Shown piece by piece: positions 40,701-52,257 of a DNA stretch of 64,000 nt. This DNA is from Octopus bimaculoides. Lineage: Eukaryota. The notes under the pieces were generated by a model, which worked only from the letters and a program-made list of their open reading frames with translations, did no database searches and was not told the DNA's origin. The stretch covers positions 19,378,747 to 19,442,746 of the forward strand of contig NC_069003.1 of the NCBI RefSeq assembly GCF_001194135.2, in the 5' to 3' direction. Position 1 is the stretch's first letter. Each line of letters begins with the position of its first letter. The position numbers and the translations under genes were made by a program.

Positions 40701-43700
40701 TATATCTATATACATGAGAGAGAGAGAATATATTGTGCTAAGTTGATCAGTTACCTTATATCCATCCCAAGTAGTGACGCACGCCGAAGAATTGCTCGTG
40801 ACTGAGCATTGGTGATCCTCCGCATGTTTTCATTGTTGATGGACACAATATAGTCACCAATGTCAATACGTCCGTCTTTACTGACAGCGCCATCTGGTGA
40901 TATTGATTTCACCACACAACCATTTAGTCCTTTATCAACAGCATCTACAGTAATACCTATAAAACAAGAAAAAAACATTTAAGTAAGAAATAAAATTTTT
41001 GTTTTGTAAATAGGAGTCTGTTTGGCTATTTTAAAGGACCAAAATAGAGAATGTGATGACAAGATTAAAGACAGTATTTTGAAAACAGAATATGGCAATG
41101 CTTCCTCCCTGTTCTCACCACTGGTCCAGGTCAGTTCTTTATTCAAAATTACAACCTTATTAGATAGGGTACTAGACAACATCTTGTTTGTACATTTCAT
41201 TTTAGACTTGGTGTCTATGACCAAACCAATAATTCTCCAGAGTGCACTGAGAGTATTTTGTCAATGGTACCTGCACCAGAGAGGTTGTTATGTCTTTACA
41301 AAGACTAAAGCATTCTCTCTATTCTGTATTCTTGATACTTATTTCCCAACCACTTTACAGAATCTGATGGGAGCATTTTATTCCTTTTATCACAGAACCA
41401 ACACAAGAGAAGTTCTCATGACCTTGACAGACTAAAGATCTTCTTGACCCTATGCTGTCTCTGCTCTTTTTAGCACAACTACTTTATTAGCACTAGAAAT
41501 GTTGTCATATCTTCAACAACAAGAATGAGTACTCTCTTGTCTATGTTACCTCTGCTCATCCATAAACCGGTGCACAGGGTATGTTTCATCATAGCACCAA
41601 CACTAGAGATGTAGTCATGACTTCAGCCAGACTAAAGAGTTTTCTTGCCCTTACAGTGTCTCTGCCAAAGGGTACTTTTTTTGTTCTACATCTACAATCT
41701 TTATTCCAACTTTACCAACCACTTTACAAGGTCTGCTGTGTACATTTTATTGCAATACCGACACCAGAAACATTATCATCTGTTCTTGACAGATGAAAGG
41801 ATCTTCTACACTCTACATTGTCCCTACTCATTTGGATACCACTTCATAGAGTGGACTGAGTATGTTTTACCATGGCACTGTGGTGATTGAATGACAGAAA
41901 TATATATTTTTGTTGTACACAAATTCTTAAGTAAATTCTTCAGTAGAGTTACTGTCATATGTCCTGGTCGAGCAAAGATCTTTATTTTGATACATTTCCA
42001 CATAATCAATAGTTGGGTTTATATTTCAGTTGATATAAATATCAGTTGGAAGACAATTCACAGCTAAGTCTCAGATGTTTCAGCAGAGCCATGTACTAAC
42101 CCTAACCCTTACAAAGGAAACAAGAGTTACTTCTGTGGTCAGCCCTGGCCAAGCAAACTTGTTATCCTCATTTTTAGGATGATGTAGAATTCTTAGTATT
42201 GTAAAAATACTTTGCAATTTTTATTACAACTTTTTAAGTTTTGATTTCAAATTTCACCAAGGTCAACTTTGATTTCATGCTTCCATGGTCAATAAAGTAC
42301 CAATTGAATGCTGGGGTCAATGGTATCGATTTATCCACTTTCCCTCAAAATTGTTGGTCTTGTGCCTATGTTGGCAGTAAGCTGACAGATTCATTAGATG
42401 ATGAATAAAATGCTTAGTGGCATTTCTTTTGGTTCTTTACACTCTGAGTTCAAATCCTGCCAATTTGATTTTCATCTTTTTGGGGTCTATAAAGTACCAG
42501 TCAAGTACTGAGGTCAATGCAATCAACTAATCGTTGGCCTTGAGCCAAAATGTGAAACAAATATTACTCCTTGATCTCTATATATCAAACTTCTAAACTC
42601 TTTAACATAATCTCCTGCATTATTTGAGTTATTTCTAAAATAATTTACACTAGGGAATCCACTGATGGGCAGTTGAGTAGGTGACTCAAGGTTTAATCTG
42701 GACTGTTCTACGTCATGAAAAGTTGGATTCCACATATTGTGTAGATTTCACTTTGGTATCTTTGGTTAGACTGAATCCAATGCAGGATTTAAAGTCCAGT
42801 CTGTCAAAGTATCAAGCTGTGTCATTACTCAGCAATAACAACAATAAAGAAACAGAACTGACATAAGCGGAGAGAGCTTCCACAATGTTGTTTAAACTAT
42901 TGGTAAAAACCACCTGAATCTCCCAAGTTAACACTGTATCATCTTGGGAAGAAAGAAACACTTAGATAATGTAGGTAATCTTAGATGTCATGCTTGAGAG
43001 AAGGATGGTGTGGGTCATTGTTGGAGCATCTTTGATAATAGGTCAGCTCAACCAGGGCTGACTACAACAGAATCAGTATTCCATCTTCAAGTAAATATAT
43101 TTCAGGTTCAGTCCAGACGATATTATTATCTTTGATTTAACTGGTTCAGTCTTATTCCTGACAGGATTTATGAAGATTTATGTGGGCAGCAGGTATCTCT
43201 AGGTATCCATCAGCTTTCAATAGTCTTTCAGGGGGTTAGAATCCTCCTGATAATCTTTCCTGACCCTAAGAGGCTCTACAGGAAGCTCTATTCCAATCTC
43301 TTCTACAGGACATTCTATTCCAATCTCCTTCAACCATTTGTCTATATCTTTGCTTACAGTTCCCAACGTACCAATTATTGTAACACAATCTTTACAGTTT
43401 TTACACTTCAAATTCTTGCAATTCCAAATCTTAGGGGATTGTATATTATCATTGTCATTACCATTGTCTAATTTTCATTATAGGCTGGCAATTTTGAGGG
43501 GAGGTGGAGAGGGGCAGGTTAATTACATCAACCCATTCTCCGAACTTGATAGGAACTTTATTTTACCCTGAAAGGAGGAAAGACAAAGTTAACCTCATCA
43601 AGATTTGAATTCAGAATGCAAAGTGTCAAAAGAAAAGCTGCTACGCAGTATGTCTGAATATTCTGCAAGCTTGCCACCAATAATAATAATAATAATAATA

Positions 43701-46700
43701 ATGATAATAATAATAATAATAATTATCCTATCTAGTATAGGCACAAAGTCTGAAATTTCGGGCAAGGTGACTAGTCAATTACATTGACCACAGTGTTTCA
43801 CTGGTACTTAATTTATCGACCCCAAAAGGATGAAAGGCAAAGTCGACCTCAGCAGAATTTGAACTCAGAATGTAGCAATGGGCAAAATCCTGCTAAGCAT
43901 TTTGCCCAACATGCTAATGATTCTGCCAGCTCATCACAATAATAATAATAATTTGTTCTTTTATTGGCCACAAGGGTTCACATAAAATAACATTAAAAGA
44001 CATAAAACAACATTAAAGACAAAAACAGGATGATACAATGGATTTTCGCATGTACACAACGTAATAATAAAAATTGAACAAATTAAAACTCTCAATAGAG
44101 TAATCGCTTTAAGATACTCGTGGAAAAACCCACAAAAGCCACAGGTGCATGAACAACAGGGCAAGAGCCCTTCTCCTTTTTTTTTTACAGGTGCACGCTC
44201 AGAACTGGTCTTTTCACACTGCACCTTGCTACAAGGCAACACTTCCCTCTCCATCCTCAACTTCCTTTTCATGTGAAACTTGAAAAAGTTGTTGAAGGCT
44301 TGGTCAAAGAGGAAAGTGTCTGTCTTTAGCCCTTTCAAACAGATCCACCATACTACATCTTTCGCTACAGCCACTAGACAAATATAAATTGCCTGCTCCT
44401 CCTGGCCAAAAGAGGGTGGTGGGGCAATCTTCACAATGGATTCAGCTGATAGCCAGATCCATCCTACATGCGAGAGCAGGTGTTCAACATAAACCCACAA
44501 GCCAGCAATACTTGGGCACTTGGACATGCAATAATAATAATAATGATAATCCTTTCTACTATAGGCACAAGGCCTGACATTTGGTGGGAAGGGGATTGTT
44601 GATTACATCAACCTCAGTGTTCAACAAGTACTTTATCAACCTAAAAGGATAAAAGGAAAAGTTGACCTCAGTGGAATTTGAACTCAGAATGCAAAGATGG
44701 ATCAAAAGTCACTATTTTTTTGCCCTGGTGTGCTAATGATTCTTCCAGCTTTCCCCCTTAATCGCTGCCTTAATAAATATAACAATGCTTTCAAATTTTA
44801 GCATAGGGCCAGCAATTTTCGAGGGCAGGGGAAGCTGATTACATTAACCCTAGTCCATGACTGGTACTTATTTTATCAACACTGAAAGGATGAAAAGGCA
44901 AAATGGACCTTAGTGGAATTTGAACTCTGAACACAGAGATGGATGAAATGCCTGTAAGAATTTTGTTCAGTGTGCTAATGATTCTGCCAGCTTGCTACAT
45001 TAGTAATGAATATGATGATGATGATGATATATTCTCAGACAGAGAAAAATTACTTGGTCAAAGGTCATAAAGTATATGCCATTGCCCTGGACATAAAGAT
45101 GCTTTGTAACAGAGGTTGACACAATATAATACTCAAAGGGCTCGTGGTTAATTGCTTCTGTGGTTGTGAAACAAATTATACAGAATATCCATCAATGGCA
45201 TTCTTTCAGATCAATATTTTCATCTGTCATCAGTCAATGGACCATTCACAGAATGTTCAATGTTTGATCAGTTGTTAGCTTTCAAAGATGACCTGATTTA
45301 TCAATGCCTGCAACTGTGTGTTGTACCTATAAGGTGATGACATTACAATATTTTCCCCAATGAAAACTTTAGTGAAGGCGCATGGCTTAGCGATTAGAGT
45401 ATCTGGTTCATGAGTGTAAGATTGTAAGTTTGATTCCTAGCAGTGCATTGTGTCCTCAAGCAAAACACTTTATTTATTTCATTTTGCTCCAGTCCACTCA
45501 GCTGGCAAAAAATGATTTGTACCAGTATTTCAAAGGGGCCAACCTTGTCACCTTCTGTGTCACACTGAATCCCCTTGAGAACCATGTTAAGGCTATGTAT
45601 ATCAGTGGAGTGCTCAGCCACTTGCATGCAAATTTCACAAGCAGGCTGTTTTGTTGATCAGATCAACTGGAACCTTCCTTGTCATAACCAACAGAGTGTC
45701 AGCGAATGTTAAGAACAGATCAGCAGGTGAAAGAGATCTCACAGCACCCAGACTGACTTAGCAACTACTTCTGTAGATATAACTAACCTTCACCATCTGC
45801 AACAGAGCTGTACAGAAGCTTGACATATTATATGAAATAGAAAACAAGCTAGATATGAAAGAAAGAGTACCAAATATATATGCATCATGGAATATGTTTA
45901 TTTTTATGATGAAAGCCTTACATATTGCACTCAGCCAATTAACTTCTATGCTGCTTTAGTGAACATAACTGTTATAAGGCTGTACAGAGGCTTGGTGGGA
46001 AAAGTAAAATAGAACACAAGATACAGAACAAAGAGTTCAAGTACCTATGTAATATGTCTAGCTATTACAGAGTTTTACATATTGTACTCAGCTAATTAAA
46101 AAGAAGTCACTGTAGGTTGTCACAGTTGATGGAGCTAAAGCTGCTTTAACATTTGGTGTTGACATCATAGGATATAGACTGATACAACATCATCATTAAT
46201 ATCAACAGTGTACTGGGTGCCTTTTATGTGTCACCATTACCAGTGCTTTTTATGTGATGCCTTGATTTTAGGATCTCAGTTCAGTTGTGGTAGGTGGGTC
46301 CTCTTGAGTACAGCAATGCGCTACATATCTTGGTCTTATAACAGTACACACTGTGAAGTTATTGGCAAAGAAGGACATCCAATTGTAGAAACCATGCCAA
46401 AACAGACAACTGGAGTCTGGACAGCTCCCCAGCTGGCCAGCTCCTGTCAAACTGTCCAACCCATCCCAGCATGGAAAACAGACATTAAACGACAGTGATG
46501 ATGGCAATGGTGAATACCTACAGCCCATCAAACTTCAGGGCTATGCTACCATCATAACATGGAATAACAAACATTTGTTTTATGTTTTACTTCCCATTTA
46601 ATACAATAGTTTCCAGTGTTTCAAATATTATTATACTTTTTCTTAAAAAAAAGAAAAACAGAAAACACCCATAAGGAATCAAATTTAATTAACCGTGTCC

Positions 46701-49700
46701 CTTCACATTAAATACGCTAAACTTAACTATTGTTTTTCATGCAGATGGTGTCTCTGAGTTTGGACCAAGGGTCTAAAAGGCTTTTTTACAAAAAGTTACT
46801 CTGCAGGTTGTTGTGTGGTTAAGAATCTCACTTTGCAATCACATAGTATCAGGTTCATTCCCACTAAGCAATAGTTCAGGCAAATGTCTTCTATTATAAC
46901 CTTGGGCTAACAAATGCTTTGTGAATGAATTTAGTAGATGGAAACTGTGTGGAACAGTTGTATAATTGTGTGTGTAGCACCCAGCATGCTCTGTTAAGTG
47001 GCTGGTGTTAGGAAGGGCATGTAGCCATAAAAACCATGCCACAACAGACAGTTAGAGTCCAGACAGCGCCCTGCAAACCAGCTCAATCTCAAACCATCCA
47101 ACCCATGCTAGCATGGAGAATGGACATTAAACGATGATGATGATAATGATACGTGTGTGTGTTATTGTGATTGTACCCCTGCCAACTGCTTGACAACTAG
47201 TGTTGGTTTATTTATATTTCTGTAACTTAGTGGTTCAGCAAAATTGACTGATAGAATAAGACCTTGACTTAAAAAAATAAGTACTGGGATTGATTTGTGA
47301 GACAAAACCTTTCAAAGAACAGCTGCAATCCAATGACTAAAACAAATAAATGATAATGATTACAAAAAATTTGTGTTGAAACAGAAATATTTATCTTCAT
47401 TGAAAAAGAGAAAAAAAAAAATGATTTAAAAAAATTCATTAACGAACCTAAATGCTGCTGTCCTTTCTGAACTTTGATGTTTTTCTCCAGTGAAGCAGGT
47501 AAGGAGTCGACAGAGCCACTTAATGATCGTAAAGAAATTGGTGATGGAAGCGGTGACATTCTTGGAGACATTGTGCGTGGTGTGGATGATGGTGATGAAA
47601 ATGCTTTAAGGTCACTTGTGGTGAAATGATCGGATGATGAACTATCCACACTTTCAGACTTTTTGTGGCCAATATGAGCTTTTAGATTTACCTAAGAAAG
47701 AAAATAAAATGGTAAACCATAATTAATCTTTAAATGAAATAATAAAGTGATGTTTATAAAGGGTTATCAAAGATTTGCAGCTAACAGTTCCAGCTGAATG
47801 TCAAACAAAATTAATCTTCCCAGTTCTTAGAGAGTGAGCTTATAATTAGCTCAAAATACTAAAAAATTTACAGTTTGGTGAAGTTGGCTCATTGTAAAAC
47901 TTTGAAGTCCCAGGCATCCATTTTCTTGTAAAAATAAAATTGACACTTAAATGTATTCACGTGTTTCTCAAAAAAGTAATATTTCCTTGTTGGGAGAACT
48001 GTTAGAGAGTTTGACAAGATTACTTGCCATATCTTGTACCAGTTTTTATCAATCTGATGAGAAAACCTGCAGTGAAAGTGATGTGAAGCTGTACTGGTCT
48101 TTAAGAATAGTCCCTTTCCTGTGGACAAAATTGGTGACGTGTAGAGGAGAGACATCAATGTTGGGGTCACTATGAGTCTTGTGCAAATAAATAAAAAAAA
48201 CACCTGGCTCAGGCCTGTGTTTATAATTGTAGATACACGGCCAAAACTTGATCGATGGGCGTCTGAGACTAACAGTCTGGTTTACAGGTCAATGACTGCA
48301 ACTAGATGAAGGTAGTGCCTTAATACAACTATTATCTGATAAGTGAAGATGATAAAGGAATCAAAGAATAAAAGAATCAAAGAATCAAAGAATACAGTAA
48401 TCTAAAAGCTACATTCAGCTCAAATATGAATACAGAGTTCAAACAGAAACTGAATATATTCAATAAATAGCTTAACTTTGGAAAATAAATATATATATAT
48501 AAAAAAAGGTCTGTATTCAGATCAAAATTACTAAAACATCAACAATAACAACAAAAACAACGACAGTGCTGCCACTACCACTGCAGAAGACAAGTTAAAC
48601 ATTAATAATAAAAGACAATAGCAGGAAACAGCCAATAAAATTCAATGTATCAACTACACATACACACACACACACACACACATACATACATAAGGGAAAA
48701 AATTAAGTTAAATTAAACCAGGAAACATGTTAGTTGGAATTCTATAGAAATCATGTTTTTCAGTTTTTATTATTGTTGTTGTTTATATTTTTTATTATTT
48801 ATTTTATTATCAAGAGGTTATTACACACACACACACAACTGTATATATATATATATATGCATGTCTGGATGTGTGTACATATATATATTATATACACACA
48901 TATACATGTATCATCTCAGAATTACTCCTACTTGAAATATGTTTTTAATATTGAAATTTCTCTCAATTCAAGAATCAATAAAAGATTTTTTTTATTGTTG
49001 TTGAAACTTCCATTTATATTTATGTATATATCATTTGTTGATTTTTTCTTTCTTTTTTCAATCTTTGATTTCAAGAGGATGTTGTGAGAGTGAATATGTG
49101 TGTGTTTAATTTTGTAATTATTTTGTAGTGGTTGTCACCATTAATGAAGTAGTAGTAGCTGTAGTTGCTATCTCTCTACACCTCACCACTTGCCTTATAT
49201 CAGATTTCATTCTTCAAACACTGAAACATTTATAGTTTCTACATAATGTTGTTGCTAGTTTTCACAGCAGCCGAATATATTGAAATAAGGGAAAAAATAA
49301 GAATGATGAATATGTTAAATATAATAACCCTTTCTACTATAGGCACAAGGCCTGAAATTTTGCTGTGGTGGGATTAGTTAATTACTTTGACCCCTGTGTT
49401 CAATGGTACTTATTTCATCAATCCCGAAAATATGAAAAGCAAAATTGACCTCGGTGGGATTTGGGCTCAGTACATAAAAAGCTGGAAGAAATGCTGCTAA
49501 GCATTTTGCCTGATGTGCTAATGATTCTGCCAGCTCACTGCCTTAATAATAATAATAATAATGGCTTCAGATTTCAGTACAAGATCAAGCAATTTAGGAG
49601 AGGGGCTTAGTCAATTGCACTGACTCTGGTGCTCAACTGGTACTTTTTATTATCAACCCCGAAAGGATGAAAGGCCAAGTCAACCATGGCAGAATTTGAA

Positions 49701-49774
49701 CTCAGAACATAGTGGCAACGAAATACCACTAAGCATTTTGCCCAGCATGTTAACAATTCTGCCAGCTCACCGCC

Positions 49775-49837
<63 letters not shown>

Positions 49838-51039
49838 CAAGATAATAAAAAATAAGTTTTAAATTTTGGTACAAGGCCAGCAATTTTGAGAGGAGTGGAG
49901 CTAGTTGATTACATTGACACCTGTACTTGACTAGTACCTTATTTTATAAACCCCGAAACTTGACCTCAGGGGGATTTAGGCTCTAAACATTGAGCTGAAA
50001 CAAATACTGCTTAGTATTTTGTCAAATGTGCTACAAATTCTGTCAGTTCTAACTTAGGCACAAAGCAAGCAATCTTGAAGGGAGAAAGTTAGTCAATACC
50101 ACTGGCACCAGTACTTTAGTAGTACTTTATCTTTAATGATCTTAGAGGAAGAAAGACAAAGTTGACTTTGCCAGGACTCAAACTCAGAATGTAGAAAGTG
50201 AGAACAAACACCACTAAACACTTTATATGGAACTCTAACGATTCTATCAAAATATTTGTTTCAAATTTTGGCACAAAGCCTGCAAGTTTGACTCATGCCG
50301 ATGGCATGTAAAAGCATCCACTACACTCTCTGAGTTGTTGGCGTTTAGGAAGGGCATCCAGCTGTAGATACTCTGCCAAATGCTGTGCGTGAGAAAACCC
50401 AGCAAGCCAAGTGAGATCTAAATCTAAGGCCTCAACCAGTCCACTTAGGCGTACCTTCCTTCATTGGACACTAAACTCCACTTGCGAAGACCTGTTGAGG
50501 CAAGTGAAATCGAAATCGAGTTAAATTGGACATGAAACTCAGCTTGCGAAGACTTATTGGGGCAAGCGAAAGTGAATTTGTGATGGCACCTGTGCCCAGC
50601 ATCGCCTTTCTGGCACTTGTGCCCGCGACATGTCTAAGGACTTTCGAGCAAGATCGTTGCCAGTGCCCCTGGACTGGCTCTTGTGCAGGTGGCACATAAA
50701 ATATACCATTTTGAGCGTGGTCATTGCCAGTACTGCCTGACTGGCCTTCGTAGAATTTTTGAGCGAGATCGTTGCCAGTGCCCCTGGACTGGTTCTTGTG
50801 CAGGTGGCATATAAAATACACCATCTTGAGCGTGACTGTTGCCAGTACCGCCTGACTGGCCTTCTTGCGGGTGACACGTAAAAGCACCCACTACACTCTG
50901 AGTGGTTGGCGTTAGGAAGGGCATCCAGCCATAGAAACTCTGCCAAATCAGATTAGAGCCTGGTGTAGCCATCTGGTTTCACCAGTCCTCAGTCAAATCG
51001 TCCAACCCATGCTAGCATGGAAAGCGGACGTTAAACGAC

Positions 51040-51072
<33 letters not shown>

Positions 51073-52216
51073 AGGACAAAAGGTTAAGCTGATTTTTGTG
51101 AAATTTGAACTCAGAATGTAATGACAAATGAAATGCCATTAAACATTTTTGCCTGGTGTGCTAACAATTCTGCCAGTTAACTGCTTTAATTCTACCAAAA
51201 TGTCAATAAACAGAATTTTATAATAAAACTGTGATTTCATCATCATCTGAAAAAAAAGATTCTTTCTGATGTATTTTACACATGCACAAAGATACACACG
51301 ATAGATTTTCTTGAAGTTTCTGTCCATAAAGTCCTACTCACAAGGTGAAGGCCAGCTGGAAAGTTTGATAGAAGGTACTTATCCAAGATGTTATGCAGCA
51401 GTCTTAACTCAGAACCATATAGTTATGAAACAACATTCTTAACCACACAGTTATGTCTATATATATATATTCCAGTATTCAGTGTGCATTCAAAGCAATG
51501 ATTAGTAATATTACAAAACCGATATGCTTTTGAATCTCTTTAACAACTCACAATAATGACTTTTATTACTTTTATTCCTACCTCAGTTCATCTAATTGTA
51601 TATATCTATCGTTACTTTTCATAAAAAGCCTTTACTTCTTTTGATTTCCAATGTGCATTTTCGTTTATTTTTCTCCTTACTTTCCCCTTACATCTCCACG
51701 TGTAGTTTCTATTTTGTTTTTGTAACATATTTCTATTATATATATCTATCTATATATATATATAATATTGGCAGAAATTTGCAAAAGCTACTCAAGGGCA
51801 CAGAGCTTGTGCATGGCATTTATTTCATGCAAAATAATGCTAAGTGCCAAACAGCAGACTCCTGTCCCTTGGGTTACTTTTGTAAATTTCTGTCAATTAA
51901 ATGACAATGACAAATCCATTAACCCCTTGGTAGTCATTGGGGCACTGCAGCCATGCAGCGTATCTTGAGCGAGAAAACCTGGTGGAGCCCATCCCTCTCC
52001 AGGCTGAACTCATTTCTACAGCTGAGTGAACTGGAGCAACATGAAATGAAGTGTTTTGCCCAAGAACACAGTACGTTGTCTGGTCCAGGAATTGAAACCA
52101 CAATCTTACACTTGGAAGTCCAACACCCTAAGCACTATGCCACGCTTTGCTTAAATATGAAGAAGTAAAAATACTCATGTACTGAGTTCCACTAATACTG
52201 TTTGTTTAAGAAGCCT

Positions 52217-52257
<41 letters not shown>

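Noticed and set aside
50640-50865. CRISPR-like appearance of palindromic repeats
   Set aside because: Eukaryotic context, the intervening sequences are themselves repeated rather than unique, and there are no cas genes.
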